Shown piece after piece: positions 28,323 through 42,223 of a DNA stretch of 64,000 nucleotides. The translations under genes were made by a program, and so were the position numbers. Under the pieces are notes generated by a model. That model ran no database searches. It was not told the origin of the DNA and was given only the letters and a program-made list of their open reading frames with translations. The first letter of the stretch is position 1; each line of letters starts with the position of its first letter. The stretch is from Octopus sinensis (taxonomy: Eukaryota): the NCBI RefSeq assembly GCF_006345805.1, contig NC_043000.1, positions 158,658,001 through 158,722,000 of the forward strand, read 5' to 3'.

Positions 28323-28659
28323 ACATTGCATTGCATATTAATTTAGGGACAATGTCATTTCGCGTAGAAAGGTAGTAACACGATCTTTTTGTGTAAATGG
28401 TGATATATTCCACATATATGTGACGTAAACGACATTTTCGGTTACATCTTGCAGCCCCATAGATTTCTGTGTCTGTTACTACGTATTTTGTAACGATCTA
28501 TTGATTTTAATGTTGAAACGCATAGCATTCGAAATGTGACGTGATAAACCGTTCATGATATACAGGTCACGAGTTCAAGAAGGGTTCCACGTCGATATTA
28601 CTCTCATCTTCAAGCCTTCTGGAAACATACTTATGCATAATATTCTATTTATTTATTTA

Positions 28660-29072
28660 TTTACTCCTTTTACTCTTTTACTCTTTTACTTGTTTCAGTC
28701 ATTTGAATGCGGTCATGCTGGAGCACCGCCTTTTAGTAGAGCAAATCGACTCCAGAACTTATTCTTTGTAAGCCTAGTACTTGTTCTATCGGTCTCTTTT
28801 GCCGAAACTGCTAAGTTACGGGGACGTAAACACACCAGCATCGGTTGTCAAGCGATGTTGGGGAACAGACACAGACACGCAAACATATACACACACATAT
28901 ATATATACATATATACGACTGACTTCTTTCAGTTTCCGTCTACCAAATCCACTCACAAGGCTTTGGTCGGCCGAGGCTATAGTAGAAGACACTTGCCCAA
29001 GGTGCCACGTAGTGGGACTGAACCCGGAATCATGTGGTTGGTAAGCAAGCTACTTACCACACAGCCACTCCT
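28660..29072 (-). mobile_element. SINE family A, near full length, inserted in an (ATTT)n run
   Basis: Reverse complement aligns to 30897-31340; (ATTT)n flanks both sides. Confidence 0.92.
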
Positions 29073-29550
29073 AATTTATTTATTTATTTATTCTATGTTA
29101 AGTATTTCCCTTTCACGTAGTCTTAGAAGTTCATCTATACAAATATTTTGGGATTGTATGCGAGATTATTAGTATCAGAAAGAAAGTGCTTCCAAGGAAG
29201 TTCGCTGCCGAAACGCTTCATGTTGTTCTCTTATTTTTCAGTGCTAGGTTTATGTATGTATATTTGCTGCTGTTGTTTAACCAGTGCTACAATATTCTAA
29301 TGCTGTGTCTACTGATCCTAAGCATCTAAATCCTTCGTCCGCTCTTAGGTACAGTCTGTCGATATCGCTTTCTGAGGAAATCTCTATTTGATATCAGAAT
29401 CCTCCAGGTTTTAATATTTACAGACAATTCAAGTATCCTAAATATTGGTATCAATTCAGGCATGGCCAATGCATTGTGACATATTGTCATGTAAAAGATC
29501 CGAGGCTTCATTTGTTATGAACATATGTGGGTGTATATATGTATATATGT

Positions 29551-29900
29551 GAAGGCGCATGACTCAGTGGATAGAGCGTAGAACTTACGACTGTGAGGTT
29601 GTAAGTTCGAATCCCGGACCGGGCTGCGTGTTGTATTTTTAATTTGTATTCTTGAGCAAGACACTTTACTTTCCTGTTTCTCCAGTTCACTCAGCACTAG
29701 AAATGAGTTGCGACATCACTGGGGCCAAGCTGTATCGGCCCCTTTGCCTTTCCCTTGGATAACATCAGTGGCGAGGAGAGAAGAAGATGATATACATTTG
29801 CGACTGCTGGTCTTCCATAAACAACCTTGCCCGGACTTGTACCACTGAGAGTAACTTTCTAGGTGCAATCCCATGGTCATTCGTGACCGAAGGAGGTCTC
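29551..29900 (+). mobile_element. tRNA-derived SINE family C
   Basis: GGCGCATGACTCAGTGGATAGAGCG (A box) .. GTAAGTTCGAATCCC (B box), followed by TTCTTGAGCAAGACACTTTAC core-like sequence. Confidence 0.82.
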
Positions 29901-30896
29901 CAATATATGTATGTTTGTATGTGCGTGTGCGTGTGTGCATGTGTGTATATATTTACACATATCTTATATGGCGAATTCTGGAGCTATATATTATATATTT
30001 GTACCAAACTACATTAAAAGTATTATGTATATTATGCGTGAGTATGTGCGATCTGTGCATGTGTGTGCATGTGTGCGCGTATACATGTATATACATATGC
30101 ATGTGTAATAGATATGTATATGTATATAATTTGTAATCTGTTTCCATAAAAATTTTCACCACATACGCTCAACCGAAATTAATATACTGATTAGAGAAAA
30201 ATTAATTTTATAGAATGAACTTAGAATTGGTTATTTGAATATAGATTTTGTTTATTATTAGTCATTTTTAATTAATATTATTACTCTCCTTAGTTATTTA
30301 AATTCTGTTTTCTCTTCAAAATTCTGCGAGTACAAATATGATTAGGAATAAATTAGCTTCATTTCTTTAATTAATTTCCATTAATAAAATATTTTTCTAA
30401 TTTGTTTTCCTTCTTGAGATAATAGAGGGACTTTGTTTTTTCTTGTTATCGAGTGATTGACAAAAAATTATTCTTGAGATAGATTTAATTATTAAAGCAT
30501 TCAAAATATAATTAATGCTGCTGTTATACTTTCAACATCAATAAGTTTAAAATAATGTGTTTACTGATGTTAGCTCAAAAACTGTCCATTTTCAGGAAAG
30601 ACTTGTTTACAATCAGATCAAATTTGGTGCATAACCGCTATGAAGACAGACGTTCTGATTGTGACCACTCTCTTGCACGTATGTAAATTTGTCAAATATC
30701 TAATGAATAGACCAAGTAAAATCAAAAGTAATGCACATTGCTACATATGCTGGTTTGGTAGAATGACACAGGTCAACGGATTAAACAATCCATTCCAGCA
30801 GCGAAAGAGGCATCACTAAGAGTAAGATTATTGATATTCCGCAAATCCAGTAGAATCCAAAGTTAAATGCTACTTTCGCATAATATATCAATAATA

Positions 30897-31062
30897 GGCG
30901 CAGAAGTGGCTGTGTGGTAAGTAGCTTGTCTACCAACCACATGGTTCCGGGTTCAGTCCCACTGCGTGGCACCTTGGGCAAGTGTCTTCTACTATAGCCT
31001 TGGGCCGACCAAAGCCTTGTGAGTGGATTTGGTAGACGGAAACTGAAAAGAAGCCCGTCGTA

Positions 31063-31108
<46 letters not shown>

Positions 31109-31340
31109 GCGTGTGTGTGTGTATATGTTGTATGTCTGTGTTTGTCCCCCTAGCATTGCTTGACAACCAATGCTGGTGTGTTTATGTCCCCGTCACTTAG
31201 CGGTTCGGCAAAAGAGACCGATAGAATAAGTACTGAGCTTGCAAAGAATAAGTCCCGGGGTCGAGTTGCTTGATTAAAGGCGGTGCTCCAGCATGGCCGC
31301 AGTCAAATGACTGAAACAAGTAAAAGAGTAAAAGAGTAAA
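30897..31340 (+). mobile_element. SINE family A, full length
   Basis: A box TGGCTGTGTGGTAAG, B box GGTTCAGTCCC, internal (TA)n(TG)n, stem-loop tail and (AAAAGAGT)n end. Confidence 0.95.
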
Positions 31341-31711
31341 ATAAAACAGGCGAATGGATTCAATGGTATGGTTTCATTTTTTGTCATTAAGAAATTGTTT
31401 TAGATTGAATTCCACATAATGGTATATCACGTTCTACTCGCCGAATGTGATATACCATAATATACACTAGGTGGTATTATCTGAAAAGCTTAAAGTTTAT
31501 ACATGCTGTATTGCATAACCATATTGATAGTGTACACTGTACATCATTGTATAACTATTTGTATGATAAAATCAATAATTGAAACAAATGTAATGATACC
31601 ATAACTTTCATTCAGAAATTAAAGACGGATGAAAATGTTTAGCAGAAATTGAACACTGGGGTTGATGTAATGACTAGCCCATCATTTCTCACAAAATTCT
31701 GCCAGCTCTCC

Positions 31712-31915
31712 GCTGGCAGAATAGCTACTGCGCCGGGTAGAATGTTTAGTGGCATTTCGTCCGTTTTTACGTTCTGATTCTAAATTCTATCGAGAACGAC
31801 TGTGCCTTTCATCATTTCAGGGTCGATTAAATTAGTATCAGCTGAGCACTGGGGTTGATGTAATCCCCTTAATCCCTCATCCGAAATTGCCGGTCTTGTG
31901 CGAAAATTTGAACTC
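31712..31915 (+). mobile_element. tRNA-derived SINE family D; related partial copies at about 24290-24395, 39758-39908 and 59970-60115
   Basis: Shared GCTGGCAGAAT..GTTCTGAKTTCAAATTC..GGTCGACTTT..GGGGTYGATGYAATC among copies. Confidence 0.78.
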
Positions 31916-31930
31916 ATCATTATTATTATT

Positions 31931-32540
31931 ACATTTACGCACAGCAGATTAAAATAATAGGAAAAAAATTCTGACACTGGGCTAAACCAAGTAAACGTAG
32001 ATGCTAAGAACGTCCCTAAGTATTCAAGCTCTCCCTGATAATATTCTTTTCTGGAGCTACGCTAAACTAGGTATGATGCTATCTCCTCTATCCATCTGCT
32101 TAAATGTTTAGGGATAGTTCATACTGCACCTATAACTACAGGGATACATTTTACCTGTACTTTCCATAACATCTGTAACTAAATGGATAGGTCCTGGTAA
32201 TTTGCTATTTTCTCTATACTTCTCACATTGACATTCTTCTCATTTGGGTCGGTTAAATTAGTTACCTAGCACTTTCTATTCTCTTTCTCTACTACTTCTA
32301 AATCATCCCTCTAGCTTCTAATATTATGTCAGTTTGAATGTTAAAGACCCACATCTTCTATTTCTATACTTTCTAACACTTCACTAAGTTCATGTCCACG
32401 GTACTTAACAGTATGCGAATCCCAATACACTCATCACGTATGATTAGGGTACGCTAGGCACATAAATCACAGCCATGGTGATCCCATGTCACGATACACA
32501 GCACATGACTGTACACGTGACTCCCAGTTAGGAGTATCTT
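31931..32540 (-). mobile_element. Old R4/Dong-clade non-LTR retrotransposon 3' fragment (REL endonuclease)
   Basis: KMWVFNIQTDIILEARGDDLEVVEKENRKC..TDPNEKNVNVRSIEKIANYQDLSI*LQMLWKVQVKCIPVVIGAV.TIPKHLSRWIEEI; the 3' end abuts a short (TAA)n on the minus strand. Confidence 0.75.
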
Positions 32541-34088
32541 CACATCGTGTGGCCCATCCTGCTTAAATGGTTTTAGAACAAGGATTTTAAGGATGATGAA
32601 CGAAACGTCAATGTTTTCAAATGTGGATTATTCAAACCCCGAAATTTCTCCCTCAACACATAGCTATGATGTTTCTTCGCTACTCTTCTTTGTGATCGGA
32701 GATGCACATTCCGTCAGTTATACGGGACATGTTCAACTGGTTAAGCTCACGTAACTAACAAGCAAACCTTTGGTATCGAGCAGAATATTTATTATAGCCC
32801 ATCTTTTATTTCAAGACAAATCATGTACACGTTAACACTTCGAATCACTTAAGATTAGAAGCCCTGAAAGCGACTGCACCAGGAGCTCCCTTGGTATTAT
32901 ATCAGGTAACCGTCTAGGTTTCATAATTAATGTAACTAACATCGTTCAAAGTCAGGTTATTGTGGTACTCGTCCTGATATTTCTCATGGACATGCTGTGT
33001 TTCAAACAACATGTACATCAGAGGGAGACGAAAAGCATCCCAACAGCAGACATCGAAAACGCCAGATGCATTCTGGCCTGGTAAGGCCTCATCATCGGCG
33101 TGCATTCCTGCCCAGCCTAAAAGGGATTTGTCGCCTCCAGTATATAGTAATAATTGTATACTACATTGTCTGGTAGTATACGAATTTTTATCCAGCCGAA
33201 CGGGATTCCACAAAACCATTGAATGTACTATTCACAGTTTCTTATACACCGGATATGACACGTCTCGTCTAGACTTCTGACGGGCTGTGAACATATGCCA
33301 TTTGTAAGTCTCAACTAGGCCGAAATGTACTTCTGTTATGAACACAGTATGTTCATAAATGAATTTATAAGGAACCTGATATTCAACTCTGTGTTATTTT
33401 GTGGAGGTATATACGAGGGTATAGGTATGTGTGTGGAGAAGAGGAATATACACTCGTTAAGGTTATCAACAACAACAAAAATGAGAATTACGCAATACAA
33501 ACCAGAACGAATGCTGGCAATGTTCCTGAAAAGAATACTATAGCTGGTCGACTACAAAACTTTTCTTTAGGCAGTTTTCAAGTATGGACACGAAGTATGG
33601 ACACGATAACAATATATCTCAGATGCAAAAAAAAAAGAAAAGAAAAAAGAAATTTAACCACGAACATTCAGAAACACCTATATACACAGCTACACACGCA
33701 TGCGACCACACACACACACACACACATTCACACACACACATTCACTCAGGCACACATGCACACATAAATGCAGGTATATAAAAATACGCACAGATTTAGA
33801 AAAAGTTCCTACATACATGTTATATATATATACATCTTTATAAATACATATAAACAAAAATATGTTTGTGTGTGTATTCATTTATATACATACATTCATA
33901 TAATACTGACATATACATACACATGCGTGTACGTACACACACACACACATATATATATATACCTACACACATACATATAAACGTGTATATGTATATGTAT
34001 GCATGTATATATGTATCAATGCATAGATAATATATATACATACATCTATATATATTATATGTATATTTACATATATTTATATGTTTGG

Positions 34089-34124
<36 letters not shown>

Positions 34125-34283
34125 GTATATATATATATACATACATACACACAGATGTATAATTATAAACGTGCATATGTATATGTATGAATGTATATAT
34201 GTATGTATATGTATAGATAATATAAATACATACATGTATATATATCATAAGTATAAACACATATTTATATGGTTGGTGATATG

Positions 34284-34344
<61 letters not shown>

Positions 34345-34717
34345 CATGTACACACACATACACCTATATATATTATGCATACGCGTAATTCAATTTGCTG
34401 ATTCTTTATTAAATTCATAAAAGCAATTATTTTTGTAAGAAAATTAGTGAAACAAAAAAACAGAAAGAAATTTAGAACACGTAAGCAATTTACACAATCG
34501 ATGTCGTCATTACATTGTAGTAGTTTCATTACTTGTAGAAATAAAAGAATTTTTGAATATTGTATCTAACCGTCATATCGAGATTAATCTAGAATGTACA
34601 TTGGGTGTCAGGCAAATATCGATCACTTTATGAACAGTTTTCTGTTGTTTATCATATCACATTTATGAAATTAAACTTCACTACTTTTCATGTTCTCTAT
34701 AAGTGCACCATAATTTA

Positions 34718-34755
<38 letters not shown>

Positions 34756-35362
34756 TAGCCACGATTCAAGGTGAATATATATAGGTACATATAACTGCAC
34801 ATGGAAGTTTAAATTATGTATATATATATATATACATACATACATACAATAGATACAAGTGGCCGTGGGTGTGTGTAAATATATGTATATGTGTGTATGT
34901 GTGTGTATGTATGTTTGTATGTGTGTGTGTGTGTTTGTATGTGTGTGTGTTTGTGTATGTATGCATGAATGTATTGAGTGTAAGAGATCCTTATCAGGTA
35001 CACAACTAATATTTGTTGTTTTTTCACATATCTTCTAACTGCATCCGATCTGATAATGCAGTTACATAGATAGCGGAAGAAACAACATGTTATAATGTAG
35101 TATAAAAGACATTGTGTGATAAACCCCGATTATTGAACGAATGCAATTCGTAAATAGTGAAACTTTTGTGAATAAGAACCAGAGCGCAATTTGCTGATGA
35201 AACTGTTAATCATGGCTTCATAATCATTTCTTGCACAGTTTTCTGATTGTGGGCAGTTCACATACAAATGTAACGGCGTTCTAATGTATATATTTCTATC
35301 TTCGGAGTATTGACTTTAGGGGACCACAAATCAATTCAATTAAAGCTGAATTGGATATTAAG

Positions 35363-36503
35363 CTAACAGAAATACCCGGCATTGCTCGGGTTAAAAAAAA
35401 TAATGATATTTTAAAATGCCTTTTAGATCTCTAACACGAAACATAGACTACGCAGCTTTTACCTCCTAGTACCCGAGATACAAACTTTATACGTTAATAA
35501 CCCGGCGTTTACCAGGTTATTGAAAATAATGAAATTTAAGTATGCCTTTTAAATCTCTAATTAAAATGAAACATGGATTATGCATTCCTCAACAGTAATT
35601 AGCTGAGGTACAAACAAGTAATGTCAGTAATATGATTTATCCGATGTTCTCACTCTTAATTTTTTTTTAAAAGCAGGTAGTTCTTTGTCTTTGCAATTAG
35701 CTTCAATTGTCAGTATTTATTTGAAATATGTTGAACATGCAAATGCATAAATTTGAGAAGAACCGGCCTGCAGGTGCTCCCCTCCCGCTGATAAGTAAAT
35801 TTCACAAAAATTCTATTAGATGACGTGAGTATATAAACAAATGTATTGAAACAAATCCGGAATCAATCACAGTTTAATTATCTAGAGCTTCTAAATATAC
35901 GACATTTTGAGTATGTCCTTCAATTGGTGTATAGAGGAAAAGATTTGGGGGATTTACAACACGCTAACATCCAACATATAATTGCCCATGAAAGAAGCTT
36001 GGTGAAGACTGTCCTTGAAACTTGGGACTGGAACCGTTTAAATTCAAAGGGAAAGTCATAGGAGATTAACAGGATCCGTGGAATGGAGACATCCTCAGCC
36101 CTATAGTTCCTTGTCATAATTGTTGCTTCTAGGACATGGGGTCGCATCGCTTTCACCACCAGTCAGGTGCTATTGCACAGATGAGGTGGATCCAGATTCC
36201 CGTGCAGCATGATTGGGGTCCCTTTTTGAAGTGTTAAGTGGTGAGTTAGTATCCCAGGTGGCTGTAGATAGTTCAGGAACTCAGATGGAAAAACTACAGC
36301 CTGGTCCTTCTCAATGATTTGAAAGAATGTTCTTGTCTGAGCAACACCTGCAAGAGATCCCAGTTGATTTTGTAGACAGCGTCATGACATGGAGCTAAGA
36401 TGGCTCGCTCACGCAGCCATTGACTGTTGCTAAAATTTTGTGCTATGTTTGGGAGCACATGCATTATGAGATCATTGACAGTTGGTACCATCACACCACA
36501 GGC
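35363..36503 (-). mobile_element. Helitron 3' remnant (PIF1-like helicase pseudogene and terminal hairpin)
   Basis: CGVMVPTVNDLIMHVLPNIAQNFSNSQWLRERAILAP, FPSEFLNYLQPPG, GTPIMLHGNLDPPHLCNST*LVVK, DFPFEFKRFQ, FHGQLYVGC*RV..QNVVYLEAL. Terminal hairpin CCCGAG-CAATG-CCGGG plus degenerate CTAG end (GTTAG) at 35363-35392. Confidence 0.88.
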
Positions 36504-36972
36504 TTTCTGCCCCCATCCCCGCCGAATTTGGATGATGATAAATTTCAGAAAAATGGATATTTTAAAATAAAACTGTCTACGAATATGCGTTATATCATGT
36601 AGGCATCGAATATACAAAGTTTTTTGGCGAAAGTGTTTTAGAAGGGGTGGGAAGAATTTTCGGAAATTTCACTAGAATCCAATTCAATTCGTTTTAACTT
36701 TCAGGAAAATGGATATTTTAAAATGAAACTGTCTACAAGTATACCCCGGTCTAGGTAGATTCCATGCATATATGATTTGGGGTGGGGGCGATTGGCGGTT
36801 GATTTTGCGAACTGTTCCCCATTGGGAACTATTTAGTCCAAATTTGTTTCAGTTCCTCTGTTTTGTGCATTTGTCCATCCTTATAATTTGGGAGAAAAAT
36901 TTATAAGTTAAGGTGGGGGTGTAATCCGGAGAAAAAATGACACAAATGGTTGGCATGCTTATTCTTAGTGTC

Positions 36973-37038
<66 letters not shown>

Positions 37039-37735
37039 ATGAAAAGTGTCCAAACGGGGAATTATTCCATTCAACATCATGTTTATTATAGAGAGTATGT
37101 CACAAATTATTCTTTACACTTCTATAATTAACTGTGCGTGTATATTCCTTATTTTTCCTTCTGGTATCTTCTGCCTTTCTTTTAGAACCGTTTACGTGGG
37201 AATTTGTTTAAAGTGAAAGAAAATATTGTATGCAACAAATAAGTCGTCTTAATAACATATATCTGTGTACCAGACCATTAGATGTAACTTTTAGCATAAC
37301 GAGTTTTCTGGTGAGGGCTTCATTTGCCTTCATTGCCTTTTGCTTTCAGTCGAAATGTAGGGATGCAGAAAACGCACAAAACAGAGAAAATGTAACAAAT
37401 ATAGACGACTTGTTCCGAAAAACCCCCGATATAACTCCCCAAAATAACTCCCTATTGTTTTCCCCCAAAATTCATACATGTTCGGAATCTACATAGTCAG
37501 AGGTATATTTGTTGACAATTTCATAAAAAAATATCCATTTTCTTGAAAGTTAAGCGCATTGAAGAAGACTCCGATGAATTTTCCGAAAATGATCCCCCAC
37601 CCCTCCTAAAACACTTTCACAAAAATTTTCTTTATTTCGACTCTATATGATATAACCTATTCGTAGAAAATTTCATTAAGAAATATTCATTTTTTTCTGA
37701 AAGTTACGATCATCCAAATCGGGGTGGGGCAGAAA
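36504..37735. mobile_element. Foldback/MITE-like element with about 375-bp imperfect terminal inverted repeats
   Basis: 36504-36880 aligns with the reverse complement of 37360-37735 (TTTCTGCCCC..TTTGGATGAT..TTTCAGAAAA..GATATTTT); each arm carries an internal direct repeat of the TTTCAGRAAAATGGATATTTT module. Confidence 0.72.
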
Positions 37736-37795
37736 TAGGTAGTTATGCCCTGTTGATAATTGATCAATTATTTGAAATCTCCTTATGAAATTTTT

Positions 37796-37844
<49 letters not shown>

Positions 37845-39567
37845 ACACACACAAACACACACACACACACACACACTCACACACAGTCACATAGGTGTAT
37901 ATCTTACGCAAATAGAAAAATTAGGAGTATATAAAAAATGAAAGTCATTTTAGAAATTCTTTTTTATCTGAAATCGTCACAACTGTAATGATGTATACAT
38001 ACGTGCGTATGTAACTAGCTGGAGAAAATAATTTAAAGAAGTGAATCTTTATAGATAGAGCAATATTATTTCCTTTTAATGAAAAAAAATAATAAAAACC
38101 ATTTTTTTTCCAAGATCAAATTGTTCATATACTCCAAGTATGGTACAGATTCAGGACACACACACAGACAGGTTACTTTATATATTAAGATGACAACGAT
38201 ACATTGCCATCCACTCACTTTAGACAATATAAAATCATATATAAATCTAGAGTGAGTGACATCGTCAGTAATCGCATTTGTATCAAATACTGGACATCAA
38301 TTCTCATCACTAATAATGATAGAAGGGCACCAGCTATGCCGTTTATATCGAGTAAACTTGCAAGACAAATAAATTCTACAAGCAAAGCATATCAGGATCT
38401 AGCTAATAGTTTTTAGTGCTTTAGGTATATCAATTTCAAAGGTCAACTCGACATTCAGGCATGGAGAGAGAAAGTTGAAATATTCTACTGTACTGAGCCT
38501 TCAGAATATTGCATTAGAACTGAGTATAAAAATATACGACCAGCACAAAAGCAACCATAGGTTATATAACCGAAAACATATCTAAAACCTTTAACAAATT
38601 CAAAAATTGGAACCACAGATGTTATTTACGTATCTTATTTATACAACTCACATTCATGAGTTCAAAATGGGTTTTATCTAAAATTACCTTTCAAACTTAT
38701 TTATATTTTGTGATAGTGTGCATTTACCATGTTGTCAGGATCCTTTTTTTTTTTTTTAGCTCTGATTATTAAATGTAAAGATTTAGTGTGTGAAAAACTG
38801 CTACTCGCCTCTCACTAATTTCAGTAAATAATGATTTGGTAAATCGAACATTTTAACATTTGAAACTTTATGTTATAATTTATGCTACACACACTACAAA
38901 GATTCCGATTTACTAATGTTTCCATATTAACTCTTTGCTCTACTCATTTTGCTTCGTTCCATTATAGTCCTTCCATCAGGCACCATATGGAGTTAGAAAA
39001 GTTGCCAGACTGATACGGATGTGTTGATTTGGAATATTTTTGGCAAACGTCTGAAGCCTTGTCAGAATGCAATACATGCTTGCACTTGCTGTGAACAGCA
39101 GGATATGCATTTATTCTGCACCTTTTTTGCATGATTTTTCCTAATAGTGATACATAATTGGGGTGCGTGTATGTAATACCCATCAAAGATGTATGCATAC
39201 ACATTACACAGAGAAAGGAGCCAAAAATGCTAATAGATAAATTAAGCTACATTTTCCAATTTCTTGTTACGTACATATTAGGCAATGATGTGTGGGTGTG
39301 GGCATGTTTGTGTTCCATAGTTATAGATATTGATAAATATTATTGAATTGCATACTGACGGATGGAAGGGAAGTATGAATATGCATCTAAATAGAAAAAA
39401 AAACGCCTTTAGCAAATAATATCGGAAGATTCTACAACTATTCAAACGCGATATATTTTAAAAAATTTAATTTCGGCTTTCATGGTTTCGTTCAACGCTA
39501 TAGAAGTAATCAAAATCTGACGCCAAAATATTACACACACACGCACACACACAACACACACACACAT

Positions 39568-39634
<67 letters not shown>

Positions 39635-39757
39635 TGGGATATTGTATCAGTTTGCAAAATGTTAATTGCAGATTTCAACCATCAGTCCTAAACAAATATA
39701 TGTATTCAACACAGAATAAATTTAATTAATTGCAACAATTTTTATTACAATCTCTAT

Positions 39758-39908
39758 GGCGGCGAGCATGTAGAATCATTAATGCAAAATGTTAAGCAGT
39801 ATTTCTTCAGGCTTTATGCTTCACGTTAAAATTCTGCCGTGGTCGACTTTGACTTTACTCAATTTGAGGTCGATAAAAATAAGCACTAAATTTCAAATCT
39901 TGTGTCTA
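39758..39908 (+). mobile_element. SINE family D, degenerate
   Basis: GGCGGCGAGC..AGAATC head; GGTCGACTTTG..GGTCGATAAAAATAAG body. Confidence 0.6.
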
Positions 39909-40599
39909 TAGTAGGAAAAAATATATCTATTAGAATCTCCATATGTTTGTCAACAATAAATAAGTCTAGTTATTTCAGTAGATGAGAATTCTGAAATCCT
40001 GTAAGCAATGATTTCTCGAAATGGATTATGACTTCTTGTGTGCAGGATGTTTGTGCGATGCTTCAAGCAGTCATTTGTTCGAAGATAAGTTTCCAAATAG
40101 GCTGAGTGTATGTGGAATTTTGTAGGGTTCCTTTCTTTAATCTTTACTTAGTCATTTTCAAAAATATGGACGGATGTTGTCATGAATGATTCACAAGAGC
40201 CTTAAGTTACCGTTGTAGTTGTTTGATCCATTGTGTCATTTTTGTGACAATTCTTTCCTCTTATGACAGTTTAGTAAGAATTCAAGAAATAAAGCATAAT
40301 TCCACCTGCTGACCATCAAATATATGACCATAATATATTTTATATTACTGCATTACTTTGGCTCAGTCTCAGCATAAATCATGATACATTGTATAGAATC
40401 CATTTTCCGTTACTTTCTGCAATACGACATAAGAAATATTTGCGTAAGAATAGCGGAGTCACAAATCATAAGAGGGTAATTTTTATCGTTCTCTTCATGC
40501 TACACTCATTTATAGTGTCTTATCCCTCTTTTTCTTTTTTGTATTTGAATATGGTGCGCATGTTTGACAAGAGTTGAATGGTCAACGTTCCATTCTGCA

Positions 40600-41278
40600 G
40601 CAACTTGGCTTTCAACTCATAAAATAGAAACACTCGAATTTGCTTTCCTTTTATTTTCCTTGATATGCCATTTTGAAATAAACATGCGGAAAGTTGTAAA
40701 TCAATTTACATTACTGGTAGAGCTGCACAAAAACTGTTTTATCATGCTTCTTGTAAGTGCCATTCGAACCCAATGCAGTCCACGTTCTGATCGACCTGTT
40801 CAGTTTAACGAGGATCAGTTGAACCATCTCATTCATATGAATGAACGCTAATCCACTAGGAAATTGTACAAACAGATGAAATGCTCCCAAAATATCATTA
40901 CCCGCCACAATCACTTGATGGATAAGTTCCAGAACACTCGAGTGGTTGCATGTTTTTTCAACATGACAACGTTCGCTCCCACATTGCGAAATTAACCAAA
41001 AGTGCTTTTCAAGCATTTCGTTGGGAGGTTCTACTGCACACTCTATATCCTCCTGATGTAAAGCCTTCAGATTATCGCTCGAGCATCTCGTTAAGTAACG
41101 ATGTGGTGCTAAAATGGTAGCTAAATCAATTCTTTGAGCAGTGAAAAATTAATGTAACTTTGGCAATACGTGAAGAATGAAACGGAATAACTTGTTGAGG
41201 GATTTGGCAAAATTCTTGAAAAACTTGGCATTAAAATAAATGGGAAAAACGCCCACATTGAGCGGACAATCTTGTATC
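40600..41278 (+). mobile_element. Internally deleted mariner (Mos1-like) element
   Basis: PRSDRPVQFNEDQLNHLI..STRKLYKQMKCSQ joins directly to FQHDNVRSHIAKLTK..WEVLLHTLYPPDVKPSDY (HDNARPH and YSPDLAPSD motifs). Confidence 0.8.
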
Positions 41279-42053
41279 TATATGAATTTATGTGTGCATA
41301 TATATACAAAAATTTAATATATTTATATATGGAAGCGCTCATAATATTAGGCTTTACATTCTATCCCAAAAAACAGAGCTTCCATTAATTTATTAATGAT
41401 TTTATGCATACATTTCGAACTGATTGGAGATCCAGCAATTTTTCTGGTTATGATTATTCTTCATGATTTAATACTATTTTCATAAAGTTGCCTCATGTGT
41501 ATTAAATATTTACACAATTTTTGCCGAGCATTTTCCTTGGGGATCGTGATTAATATATTAAGATTTATTGCTAGAATGATCGGTATCTTTGACATTTCCA
41601 AGTCCATTATAAAATCCTGAATATATTGACTATAATATCAAAAAGATAACCCGAACGCAATTCAGAGAATGCAATGTGATGGGTGTTTTTATCAGAGAAC
41701 TGAATGGGAGAGAAAATGAAAAACTCAAACAGCAAATGTTTCTCCGTCCTTAATGTCAAACATGAAATACTTCCAGAATTTTAATTATCACGCTAATACG
41801 ATATCACATAGAGTACTAGGGACGCACTATGAAAAAATACATATGATAAACATAAAATGCTATCTATATCGTTTGCATTCTGAGTACGTTTCTTCACCAA
41901 GGTTATTTCATCCACTGCAGTGTATTTTGCAAGTTCAATTGGATATTGATACACAACAGTTCACAAATATATACCGAAATGTACTATAAACAGGTGGATG
42001 TGCGCACGCGTGAATGTAAGTGTGAGTGTATTATGAATTTTGGCATATATATA

Positions 42054-42111
<58 letters not shown>

Positions 42112-42223
42112 ATGTGTATGTGTGTGACTGTATATATGTATATATTTATGTACGAATGTATGTATGTATGTATCTATCTATCTACATCTCTCTCTCTCCC
42201 TGTATATATATATACATATATAT

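Noticed and set aside
33270-33335. Hammerhead-like CTGACG-GGC..GCC-GAAA-TG-TA
   Set aside because: A9 is missing and no stem I pairing can be formed.
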